Of a DNA stretch of 64,000 bases, positions 48,403 through 57,304 are shown in pieces. The notes under the pieces are model-generated. The model did no database searches. It had not been told where the DNA came from and worked only from the letters and a program-made list of their open reading frames with translations. The first letter of the stretch is position 1; each line of letters opens with the position of its first letter. Position numbers and translations under genes: made by a program. Source of the DNA: Candidatus Thermofontivivens primus (GTDB lineage: Bacteria > Sysuimicrobiota > Sysuimicrobiia > Sysuimicrobiales > Thermofontiviventaceae); the NCBI GenBank assembly GCA_031458695.1, contig JAVKJW010000005.1:32001-96000 (forward strand), read 5' to 3'.

Positions 48403-49809
48403 ATGAAGATCCTTCTCATCCAACCGAGGCGGAGCTCAGGTTTAGGCTTTCACCCCCATGCCCTCGTCGAGCCGCTTGGGCTCGAAATGGTGGCTGGCGC
48501 GCTCGACGCACATCAAGTGAGTATCCTGGACCTCCTTCCTTCAGAGAACCTCCAAGCCGCCCTCGAGTCTTTCCGCCCCGACGCATGTGGGATCAGCTGT
48601 ACCTTCACCGTGGACGTTTATCGAACCTTAGAGATCGCAGCGAAGATCAAAGAGATCCTTCCTCACTGCTTCGTTTTTGTCGGTGGGCACCACGCTACAC
48701 TGAACCCTATGGATTTCTTCCAAGGATCCGTGGACGCTGTCATCCTGGGAGAGGGCGAGACGATAGCACCTGCGTTGCTCCGGGCCCTTCAGACAGGTGA
48801 AGACCTTCGGACCGTTCCCGGCCTCATGCTCTTCACCCCTGAAGGGCCGTACTTCACAGGTTTGCGTTCGCTCCTCGAAGATCTCGATCATCTACCGTTC
48901 CCAGCCCGTCACCTCACCGCACCCTACCGCCGTCACTATCACTTAGGACTCAATCCCATCGCCACTGTGGAGACGGCACGGGGGTGCCCGTATCGCTGCA
49001 ACTTCTGTAGCGTCTGGCGCTTCTACCGGAAGCGCTTTCGCTCCAAGAGCCCAGAACGGGTAATCGCCGAGTTGCTCGCTACGCCAGGATCTCAGGTCCT
49101 TTTTACAGACGACAACTTCCTCACGGATATCCGTCGGGCCTTCCGTATCGCGGAGTTGGTGCGGCAGCATAGGATCCGCAAGGAGTTCCTTTTTCAGGCG
49201 CGCAGCGACAGCATCGTGCGGCATCCTGAGGTCATCACGGAGTGGCGCAAGGCAGGTCTATCCAGCGTCTTTATCGGTTTTGAGAAGATCGACGATGAGG
49301 CCCTGGAGAGTGTCGAGAAGCGCAACAGCGTGGCGAACAATGAGCGTGCCCTGGAGATCCTTCGTCGTCTCAAGATCCGTGTCGTTGCCTCCTTTATTGT
49401 GGACCCCAATGACGGGCCAAACGAGTTTTCACGGTTGCGCGCGTACGTCCGACGGCTCCGCATCCGAACACCCACATTCTCTGTGCTCACGCCGCTTCCT
49501 GGGACACAGCTGTTTGAAACACTCCGCCAGCGCTTGACCACCACCAATTATGAACTCTTCGATCTCCTGCATGCAGTACTTCCCACGCGCCTCCCCCTCC
49601 CGGAGTTCTACCGGGAGATGGCCAGGCTCTATCGTTCTGCTTACCTTGGCCAGTTTGCAAATTGGTTGAGCACTGCTCGTGCGTTAACTGCAGGACTGGT
49701 GCGTGGCCGAATCTCTCTGGGACGTGTGAAAGACAGTGTCCTCGCCGGATGGAACCTCTTTAACCCGCGCAGCTACCTTGCCGATCATGCGCGCACGGCA
49801 ATGGGGTGA
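48403..49809 (+). CDS. Cobalamin-binding radical SAM enzyme (HpnR-like)
   Basis: EPLGLE, GGHHATL, RGCPYRCNFC, TPLPGT and FDLLHAVLPTRLPLPEFY motifs. Confidence 0.85.
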   Translation: MKILLIQPRRSSGLGFHPHALVEPLGLEMVAGALDAHQVSILDLLPSENLQAALESFRPDACGISCTFTVDVYRTLEIAAKIKEILPHCFVFVGGHHATLNPMDFFQGSVDAVILGEGETIAPALLRALQTGEDLRTVPGLMLFTPEGPYFTGLRSLLEDLDHLPFPARHLTAPYRRHYHLGLNPIATVETARGCPYRCNFCSVWRFYRKRFRSKSPERVIAELLATPGSQVLFTDDNFLTDIRRAFRIAELVRQHRIRKEFLFQARSDSIVRHPEVITEWRKAGLSSVFIGFEKIDDEALESVEKRNSVANNERALEILRRLKIRVVASFIVDPNDGPNEFSRLRAYVRRLRIRTPTFSVLTPLPGTQLFETLRQRLTTTNYELFDLLHAVLPTRLPLPEFYREMARLYRSAYLGQFANWLSTARALTAGLVRGRISLGRVKDSVLAGWNLFNPRSYLADHARTAMG

Positions 49810-49838
49810 AAAATCATTGGGAAAGGAGGGTTCCAGAG

Positions 49839-51440
49839 ATGGCAAACGGACTCATTCTTCATCCATCCCGTTTCAGTGGCCCAGTGGAAACTTCCCATGA
49901 GATCGAGCGAGGATCCCTGGCAAAAACCAAAGGACGTCTGCCGGGGTACTTCCACACCCTTGTTGTTGATCGTCTCGTCGACCTTTCGGATCATCTCCTG
50001 CGCAATGACCGCCTACGCTCGCTCCTCATGCGTCAGGTCGAGCGGCTCTTGATCCGCTACCTGGAAGAGCAGACCCGCGGTTCCCCCCATCCCAGAAGGG
50101 TGGAAGAGGACAAGCGGGACATGCTCCTTGCTTTGGCTCGCTCCATTGACCGGGGTTTGCGGGAGGGGGTGATCTCTCCTCACGTCAGCCGCACGCTCCT
50201 CCGCACTGTAATCTTCAACGTAATCACCCGCAGCACCAGGGAGGTCGCAGAGGCCCGCGCCCGTTTTTCTGCAGAGCATGGTGGCTACGGACCACCGGCT
50301 TTCCTTGTACTCAGCCCGACGAAGATGTGTAACCTACGCTGCACAGGTTGTTACGCGAACGCAGGTCCATCCCCTGAGAAGCTTGAATGGGAGGTCTTCG
50401 ACAGGATCATCGAGGAAGCGAAGTCGCTGTGGGGGGTGCGTTTCTTTACTATCTCCGGTGGCGAGCCGTTGATGTACCAGTCACAGGGGAAAGGCATCCT
50501 CGATGCTGCCAAAAAGCACTCGGATTGTTTCTTCCTCATGTTCACCAATGGGACCCTGATCACCGACCGTGTGGCAGCCCAGATGGCGCAGGTGGGCAAC
50601 CTCACTCCCGCGATCTCGCTCGAGGGATGGGAGGCCCGGACAGATGCACGGCGGGGTCCAGGGGTTTATCGAAAGGTCCTCCAGGCGATGGCAAGGCTGC
50701 GGGAAGCAGGGGTTCCTTTCGGCATCTCCCTGACCGCCACAAAGGAGAATTGCGAGGAGATTCTCTCCAATGAGTTCCTGGAGTTCTTCTTCGAGGAGCA
50801 GAAGGCGCTCTACGGCTGGCTTTTCCAGTACATGCCCATCGGCCGCTCCTATACCCTTGACCTCCTGCCCACGCCTGCCCAGCGGGTGTGGATGTGGCAG
50901 AGAACATGGTACTTCATCCGGGAACGCGGGTACTTCCTGCCAGACTTCTGGAACTGCGGGACCGTATCCAACGGGTGTATCGCCGGGGGGCGCGAAGGAG
51001 GGTATCTCTATATTGATTGGAACGGCAAGGTGATGCCCTGTGTCTTCGTTCCCTACTCCGCCGTGAACATCCACGAGATCTACCGCAAGGGAGGTACCCT
51101 GAACGATGCCTGGGAAGCGCCTTACTTCCAGGCGATCCGGCGGTGGCAGTGGGAGTATGCCCTCGGCAAACAGAGGCTCGAGGACCATGGAAATTGGCTC
51201 ATCCCTTGCTCCATCCGGGATCACTATGATGTGTGCCGGCGCCTCCTCGATACCTACCACCCGGAGCCCGAGGATGTGAGCGCCGCCGAAGCCCTCCAGG
51301 ATCAGGGATACTTAGAGGGGATGCTGGCATACGATCGAGCGCTAGCAGAAGCCTTCGATCCCATTTGGAGGAGGGAGTATTTGGAGGTGGAGCACGCCAA
51401 GAAAAAGGAGGGAGCGGTGTCCGGAAGGTTCTCCGCTTAG
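49839..51440 (+). CDS. Radical SAM/SPASM-type protein (Mss-like candidate)
   Basis: CNLRCTGCYA, SGGEP, FTNGT, YMPIGR, DFWN..GCIAGG and PCVF motifs. ATG follows AAAGGAGG. Confidence 0.8.
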   Translation: MANGLILHPSRFSGPVETSHEIERGSLAKTKGRLPGYFHTLVVDRLVDLSDHLLRNDRLRSLLMRQVERLLIRYLEEQTRGSPHPRRVEEDKRDMLLALARSIDRGLREGVISPHVSRTLLRTVIFNVITRSTREVAEARARFSAEHGGYGPPAFLVLSPTKMCNLRCTGCYANAGPSPEKLEWEVFDRIIEEAKSLWGVRFFTISGGEPLMYQSQGKGILDAAKKHSDCFFLMFTNGTLITDRVAAQMAQVGNLTPAISLEGWEARTDARRGPGVYRKVLQAMARLREAGVPFGISLTATKENCEEILSNEFLEFFFEEQKALYGWLFQYMPIGRSYTLDLLPTPAQRVWMWQRTWYFIRERGYFLPDFWNCGTVSNGCIAGGREGGYLYIDWNGKVMPCVFVPYSAVNIHEIYRKGGTLNDAWEAPYFQAIRRWQWEYALGKQRLEDHGNWLIPCSIRDHYDVCRRLLDTYHPEPEDVSAAEALQDQGYLEGMLAYDRALAEAFDPIWRREYLEVEHAKKKEGAVSGRFSA

Positions 51441-51976
51441 TAGGGCTACTCTTCCCTCTCCTTGCTCTCTTCACGCCTCGGGGGATTCCTGCAATCGTCG
51501 CGGGAGCGCTCTTGGGAATCCTCCTGATGTTGGAGGGGGGAAGGCTCTTCTATGTGCAGTTCAACGAATTCCTTCTCCGATGTGGGATCCTTCGGGAGAG
51601 GGAGCGAAGAAAACTCAGCGCAATTACCTGGTTCGTGCTCGCTTCCTTTCTCCTTGCGTTGTTCGCTTCAGAGAAAGCAGCAATTGCCGCGTGGCTGTAT
51701 GCCCTCTTCGGGGATTGGATGGCAGCAGTTGTGGGCACGCGCTGGGGAAAGCACCGCAAGGGGGAGAAATCGCTTGAGGGCACTACTGCCAACCTGCTGG
51801 CCTGCCTTTTCCTCGCTTTGCTTGTCTCCCCCTCGCTCAAGTTCCCACTCGCCGTGGCGATTGCTGGGGCATTGGTGGCAACGGTGGTAGAGCTTATCCC
51901 CCTTCCCCTTGACGACAATTTCACTGTTCCATTCCTGGCCGGGTTTGTGATGCACTTTCTTGAGAGGATACGCTGA
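51365..51976 (+). CDS. Phytol/dolichol kinase-like (CTP-dependent) integral membrane protein
   Basis: Multiple TM helices; GDWMAAVVG..WG, KSLEG and ELIP..DDNFTVP motifs. Start codon uncertain. Confidence 0.75.
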   Translation: MEEGVFGGGARQEKGGSGVRKVLRLVGLLFPLLALFTPRGIPAIVAGALLGILLMLEGGRLFYVQFNEFLLRCGILRERERRKLSAITWFVLASFLLALFASEKAAIAAWLYALFGDWMAAVVGTRWGKHRKGEKSLEGTTANLLACLFLALLVSPSLKFPLAVAIAGALVATVVELIPLPLDDNFTVPFLAGFVMHFLERIR

Positions 51977-52019
51977 GAGAGTTTCTCCAGAGGTGAGAAA
52001 ACGCCATCCATCGATGTAA

Positions 52020-52110
52020 CCCCAGCAAAATCTCTTGTCGAGATTTTGCTGGGGACCCGTTATGCAAGAGGGGCTCCCAGCAAGCGTCCAAAGACTTTTG
52101 TCGGGGTACT
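52020..52110. repeat. Best-preserved copy of a dispersed palindromic repeat family
   Basis: 15-bp stem CCCCAGCAAAATCTC/GAGATTTTGCTGGGG followed by ...CAAGCGTCCAAAGACTTTTGTCGGGGTAC. Related copies occur elsewhere in the window. Confidence 0.75.
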
Positions 52111-52254
52111 TAAATCCCTTGTCAAGCGGAGCAATGTGTGCAAAAATCTGGATCCCAGCGAAGTCTTTTGCAAAGACTTCGCTCGAGCTATGGAGAGGAT
52201 TGACGCGGAGGGCGTGGGGATCCAAACTGGAACTAGTGAGAGCGGGAAAAGGCC

Positions 52255-53373
52255 ATGCTCCCGGGAGGTCCCTTTTCTGAACAGAAGGCACAGGCAGAGC
52301 TTCTGCGGCTCTTAGCCATTCCCAGCGAAACAGGTCATGAGCAAGCGATCATTGCCTACCTGGAGAGTAGGCTGGAAGCTCTGGGACTCCAGACGTTTCG
52401 TCAGAAGGTGGCAGAGGGTCGGGAGAATCTGATCTGGACCTCCCATCCACACCCCAAACTCTTGATTACAGCCCACGTGGATACCGTCCCTCTAAAAGAA
52501 CAGCAGGGGCTTGTGCAGCAGCGGGTGGAGGATGGCTATGTGTTTGGCAAAGGGAGCGCCGATGTAAAGGGAGGGATCGCCGCCCTTCTTCTTGCGCTCG
52601 AATCCATGGCAGGCCAGGGGCTGGAAGCCGCCTCAATTGCCGTCGCCTTCACTGTGGACGAGGAACAGGGAGGAGCGGGTTCGAGGGTACTCCCAGAGGC
52701 AATCCAGGCTGAGGGCGCTGTCGTGCTAGAGCCGACAGGACTCGCGTTGTGTACGGCACAGGCGGGAAGCCTTGAGGTTCGCATCACCCTGATGGGCCGT
52801 TCTGCTCACGGGAGTGCGTTCGAGGCAGGGGAGAACGCGATCCACAAAGCTGCAGCGCTCATTGAGAAATTCCGCTCCTTGCGGTTCGTCCAGGCAACCC
52901 ATTTCCTCGTTGGGAGCGGAGGATTCAACGTCATGGAGATTCGGGGAGGACAGCATCTTCTTGTGGTCCCAGACCGGTGCGAGCTCTACGTGGATTTCCG
53001 GATCCTCCCAGGGCAGGACATTGCCCTGGCCGAGCAGGAGGTCCGTACCCTCCTCTCCCAGGAGGAGGCGGCGCTTGAGGTCCTCGATGTATCCCCACCC
53101 TATGCGTTGCGGGGAACCGAGATGATCGTAGAGCTCCTTCAGGAGGCCTGCAAGGAGGTGTTGGGGAGGGAAGCGCCGTTCCGGGGGATGCCAAGCTGGA
53201 CCGACGCCCAGCACCTCTATTCTGCGGGTATCCCTGCGGTGATCTTTGGACCCGGAGATCTCGCTGTCAGCCATACCCCTTGGGAACATGTTTCCCTAGA
53301 GGAAGTCGTGCAAGCAGCGCGCGTCCTCGCCCGGGCTATGGAGAAGACGGCTCTTCTTCCTTCTCCATCCTGA
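52255..53373 (+). CDS. M20 family peptidase/deacylase (ArgE/DapE-like)
   Basis: HVDTV, GSADVKGG, DEE, EPT, WTDA and GPG..HTP motifs. Confidence 0.88.
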   Translation: MLPGGPFSEQKAQAELLRLLAIPSETGHEQAIIAYLESRLEALGLQTFRQKVAEGRENLIWTSHPHPKLLITAHVDTVPLKEQQGLVQQRVEDGYVFGKGSADVKGGIAALLLALESMAGQGLEAASIAVAFTVDEEQGGAGSRVLPEAIQAEGAVVLEPTGLALCTAQAGSLEVRITLMGRSAHGSAFEAGENAIHKAAALIEKFRSLRFVQATHFLVGSGGFNVMEIRGGQHLLVVPDRCELYVDFRILPGQDIALAEQEVRTLLSQEEAALEVLDVSPPYALRGTEMIVELLQEACKEVLGREAPFRGMPSWTDAQHLYSAGIPAVIFGPGDLAVSHTPWEHVSLEEVVQAARVLARAMEKTALLPSPS

Positions 53374-53824
53374 TCCAGATCCCCCACTGCCCTACCTTGC
53401 GGAACCCAAGCTTTTCGTAGAATCTCTGGGCTTTCGTATTATACTCCCCCACCCAGAGCCCGAACCTGCGGTGTCCTTTGTTCCGGAGAACCTCCAGTCC
53501 TGCGAGGCAGAGGCGGGTCCCAATTCCCTGGCCTTGGAAAGGAGGATCCACGGCGAACTCGTGGATCTCCCCGATAGGTTTTCCGTGATGATCCATCCAG
53601 CGATCATCTACAGCGATAAACCCAACGGGTTCCCCTCCCAAAAACGCGGCGAGGAATCCATCAGGGGCCCTTTTATAAAGCCACTTCATGTACCCAACAA
53701 TGTCTGGCGTCCTTCGATACGCGTAAACCTCTATCCCCGCATAGGCACGCCGATAAATCTCCACGAGCACTTTGATCATTGAACGAGGGTCGACGTTCTC
53801 GATGACCAGTTCTTCTCCCGTCAC
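53336..53824 (-). CDS. GNAT family acetyltransferase
   Basis: VDPPFQGQGIG and FYEKLGF motifs. Confidence 0.88.
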   Translation of the reverse strand: MTGEELVIENVDPRSMIKVLVEIYRRAYAGIEVYAYRRTPDIVGYMKWLYKRAPDGFLAAFLGGEPVGFIAVDDRWMDHHGKPIGEIHEFAVDPPFQGQGIGTRLCLAGLEVLRNKGHRRFGLWVGEYNTKAQRFYEKLGFRKVGQWGIWIRMEKEEEPSSP

Positions 53825-53932
53825 GCCGATCCATCACCTTGCTCCTCTTTCTCTGGGGCCCCAGTACACCGACAAAAGTCTTTTGACTCTTGCCCGGGCC
53901 CCCTTGAAATACCGGGGTTTCTGGGAAAACCT

Positions 53933-54856
53933 TTACACCCGCTCTACAAGAACGTTCCGGAGGAGGAAGAGGACGTTGGCCGGACGCTCCGCCAAGCGGC
54001 GCATGAAGTAAGGATACCACTGCTCCCCAAAGGGGATATACACACGCACGTTGTATCCCTCTTGGGCGAGGGCCCGCTGGAGGTCCCGCCGTACCCCATA
54101 GATCATCTGGAACTCGAACTGGGAAGGCGAAATCCCTTCCTGTGCAGCGAAGGATTTTGCGTGGACAATGAGCTTCTCATCGTGCGTTGCGATGGCTGGG
54201 TAGTCTCCGAAGCGCAGAAGGAACTCCATCAAGCGACGGTAGTTCTCGTCCACATCCTTCTTGCGGGGGAAGGCAATGGAGGGAGGTTCCAGGTATGCTC
54301 CCTTGACCAGCCTGATCCTGGCACCCTCCTTCACGAGTGCCTCCACATCGGCAGCGCTCCGGTAGAGATAGGCCTGGATGACCACCCCCACGTTGGAAAA
54401 CCCCTCGCTCCGCATGCGACGCCAGATCCGCAACGTCGGTTCAACAAGTGGAGACTCCTCCATGTCGATCCGGACGAACAGGTTGCGGTGGCGGGCCGCC
54501 TCAAGGATCCGGCGCAGGAGGAGCTCGGCAAGAGATTCGTCGATGGCCAGACCGAGTTGGGAGAGCTTGACCGAGAGGTTACAGTCCAGCTTGTGAGTGT
54601 GGATCGCCTCGAGGATTCGGATGTACATCGCAGCGGCGCTCTCCGCCAGCTCCACGTTCGTGGTTTTCTCCCCGAGGTAGTTCAGGCTTGCATGGATCCC
54701 AAGGCGGTTGATCGAACGAACGGCTTCCACTCCGTCCTCTAGGCTTTCCCCTGCGATGAACCTGCGCGATGCCCGGCGGGCCAGGCCGTTTTGGAGGACG
54801 AAGGACTGGACACGAGCATTCACGGATAACGCGATGAAGAAGCGCCTCAGGAACAT
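53933..54856 (-). CDS. Monofunctional proline dehydrogenase
   Basis: RFIAGE, RIDMEE, QAYLYRS, RLVKGAY, ATHD and YFMRRLAERP motifs. Confidence 0.93.
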   Translation of the reverse strand: MFLRRFFIALSVNARVQSFVLQNGLARRASRRFIAGESLEDGVEAVRSINRLGIHASLNYLGEKTTNVELAESAAAMYIRILEAIHTHKLDCNLSVKLSQLGLAIDESLAELLLRRILEAARHRNLFVRIDMEESPLVEPTLRIWRRMRSEGFSNVGVVIQAYLYRSAADVEALVKEGARIRLVKGAYLEPPSIAFPRKKDVDENYRRLMEFLLRFGDYPAIATHDEKLIVHAKSFAAQEGISPSQFEFQMIYGVRRDLQRALAQEGYNVRVYIPFGEQWYPYFMRRLAERPANVLFLLRNVLVERV

Positions 54857-54914
54857 CCCTCATTGTATTCGGCCTTCGGCCCCGAATTCCTCTCGAGCAT
54901 ACCGAAGGTGGGAA

Positions 54915-56228
54915 CTAGGCTACGAGGAGGCTTACCTTGAGCCGTCCACGGAGGATCCGAATCGCTTCCTGGATCTGCCGATCCAACTCTGTGCCAATGG
55001 TCTCCGGCGGGGTCGTGACAACCACATCGGGACGAATCCCGACGCCATCTACCTCCCTTCCTCGGGGTGTTAGGAACCTCGCCACGGTGAGCTTCAATCC
55101 TGAGCCGTCTGGGAGCCGACGGATGACCTGCACCGTCCCCTTCCCCAGGGTTCTGGTCCCCACGATGGGAAAGCCAGCATCCTGCAGGGCTCCTGCCACA
55201 AGCTCTGAGGCGCTCGCGCTCCCCCCATCCACGAGGGCCACCACATTACCTGCGAATTTGAACACCTCCTTGGTCGCCATATAGGACTTCCTCGTATTCC
55301 TTGCATCGACCAGGGTCGTCACAACCCCTTGCTGAATGAATACGCTCGCCACCTTCACAGCTTCTTCAAGGATTCCGCCGGGATTCCCTCGCAGGTCCAG
55401 GATCATACCGCTCGCCCCTTTGGAAGCCAGCCGTTGGGCGAGACGCGAGATCTCCTCCCCCGCGCCCTCTTCGAATTCAGGAAGGGCGATGTAGCCAATG
55501 GACTCTGTGAGCATGCGAGAGGAAGCGACCTGTGGCGTGATCACTGCCCGCACAATGGTCACCTCCCAAATCTGGGCCCGCCGCCCTACCCTGAGTCGTA
55601 CGGCAGTTCCAGGGGCCCCCCGGAGTCTCTGGACAACTTCCTGGGGATCCATCTGGTCTGTCGGAATCCCATCAATGGCCAGAATGACATCTCCCGGTTG
55701 AATCCCGGCTTGGTCGGCTGGGCTCCCGTCGAAGACCTGGATGACCCTAGGCTGGGGGCGGTCAAAGGAGAGGACAACACCTATCCCGCCGTAACTCCGG
55801 TCCACCGGGCCTTCCCCGAGCTCGATCCTTGGGTAGAAAGCGCTGTACCGGTCGTTGAGCGCGGACACCATCCCCATGATGGCAATGTGCGCGGCCCGTT
55901 GGGGAGTGATCCTTCCAGAGGTTCTTGTCAGGGCCTGGCGGATCAACGCATGGATGAGCTCGAGATCTCGGGAGATCTGGCCTGATAAGTTTTCGGCGAT
56001 CATGTAACCATGGCTACGCAAGGCGCTGTATGCCTCCCGGACGAGCTCTGCGGGGGTGGGTGGGTGGAGGTGCTGTTCGAGAATCAGACGATAGGCCTCA
56101 TCGAAGGTTTTGACGGCAAGGTCAGCCTCCGAGGACACGCCCTGGCCAAGAGCTGCAGAACTCACCAGCACAAGAACGAGAAGGAAAACAAGCAATACCT
56201 TCCACCGCATGAGCATCACCCTAGGCAT
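54915..56228 (-). CDS. S41 family carboxyl-terminal processing protease with PDZ domain
   Basis: Signal peptide; GIGV, DLRGNPGG, SASASE and GKGTVQ motifs. Confidence 0.9.
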   Translation of the reverse strand: MPRVMLMRWKVLLVFLLVLVLVSSAALGQGVSSEADLAVKTFDEAYRLILEQHLHPPTPAELVREAYSALRSHGYMIAENLSGQISRDLELIHALIRQALTRTSGRITPQRAAHIAIMGMVSALNDRYSAFYPRIELGEGPVDRSYGGIGVVLSFDRPQPRVIQVFDGSPADQAGIQPGDVILAIDGIPTDQMDPQEVVQRLRGAPGTAVRLRVGRRAQIWEVTIVRAVITPQVASSRMLTESIGYIALPEFEEGAGEEISRLAQRLASKGASGMILDLRGNPGGILEEAVKVASVFIQQGVVTTLVDARNTRKSYMATKEVFKFAGNVVALVDGGSASASELVAGALQDAGFPIVGTRTLGKGTVQVIRRLPDGSGLKLTVARFLTPRGREVDGVGIRPDVVVTTPPETIGTELDRQIQEAIRILRGRLKVSLLVA

Positions 56229-56298
56229 TCCAGGAAATCTCCCTCCCTGATGTACAGGTCACGGCTAGCTACAAGCATCCATCAGGCTTCTGTGCGAG

Positions 56299-57288
56299 TC
56301 AATGTATTTGGTGAATCCAGGCCCGGGAGAGGAGAAGGGCGCCCAAGAGGAGTGTCAACGCCACTCCCCCTGCCAGGGCGCTGACCTCTGTAGGCTTCCG
56401 CTCCCACCCTACCACCCACCCGAGCTGCCGGTAGACCTCCCGGAGTTCGCGCGCGGAGGAGACATGGAAGTACTTCCCCTCGGTGATCTCGGCGATCTCT
56501 TTCAAGGTCTCCTCATCGAGGCGAACCCAGATCGCCCTCCCCCCTAAGTCCAGGAGGGTCCCCTCGGGCCTCCCGATACCTACGGTATATACCTTGACCT
56601 TCTGTTCCCTGGCGATCTGGGCGGCATCCCTGGGAGGGATCCCGCGGTTACTCTGGCCGTCGGAGAGGAGCACAACGACTCCTGGGGGAACATCGCCCTG
56701 TGGTGGGGAGGGCGGAGTCAGGGGGTCATCCGGCCTGTTCCTCCCGGGCATTGCCCAAACGGCCTCCAGCAACCCATCCCCCACGGCGGTGGCGAACTCT
56801 GTGAACAACCCTTCAATAGCCTCGATGACCCGGTCATGATCCGTGGTGGGGGGGACTACAAGCGTAGCGTAGCTGCTGAACGTAACCAGTCCTACAGGCA
56901 GTCCCCTGGGGAGGACACGGACGAACTCCTTTGCCGCCGTCTTCGCCGCCTCTATGCGGTTCGGGCGCATGTCCGTCGCAAGCATACTCCGGCTGATGTC
57001 GATCGAGAGCATCACCGTCGTCTTCGTGGAAGGGATGGGAAGAGGAGCCACTGGTCTTGCAAGGGCGAAGAGCACGGCAAGCAAGCTCATCAGGAAGGTT
57101 GCGGCCGGAAGATGACGGCGGAGGCCCCTCCGCTGCTGCATGGCAAGGGTAAGGAGCGGCACCTGAGTGTGCAGCACTGCTGCCCTCCCCTGAGTGCGAA
57201 GGGCCCACCAGTATCCTCCCGCTAGGGGTAGGAGGAGGAGGCTCAACCACAACATCTGTGGGCTCTGTAGCTCCATCTCCCTCACCAC
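56299..57288 (-). CDS. VWA-domain membrane protein (BatA-like)
   Basis: MIDAS motif DISRSM, LLSDG, and terminal TM helices. Confidence 0.88.
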   Translation of the reverse strand: MVREMELQSPQMLWLSLLLLPLAGGYWWALRTQGRAAVLHTQVPLLTLAMQQRRGLRRHLPAATFLMSLLAVLFALARPVAPLPIPSTKTTVMLSIDISRSMLATDMRPNRIEAAKTAAKEFVRVLPRGLPVGLVTFSSYATLVVPPTTDHDRVIEAIEGLFTEFATAVGDGLLEAVWAMPGRNRPDDPLTPPSPPQGDVPPGVVVLLSDGQSNRGIPPRDAAQIAREQKVKVYTVGIGRPEGTLLDLGGRAIWVRLDEETLKEIAEITEGKYFHVSSARELREVYRQLGWVVGWERKPTEVSALAGGVALTLLLGALLLSRAWIHQIH

Positions 57289-57304
57289 CTTGGTTCCGTT
57301 TCCC

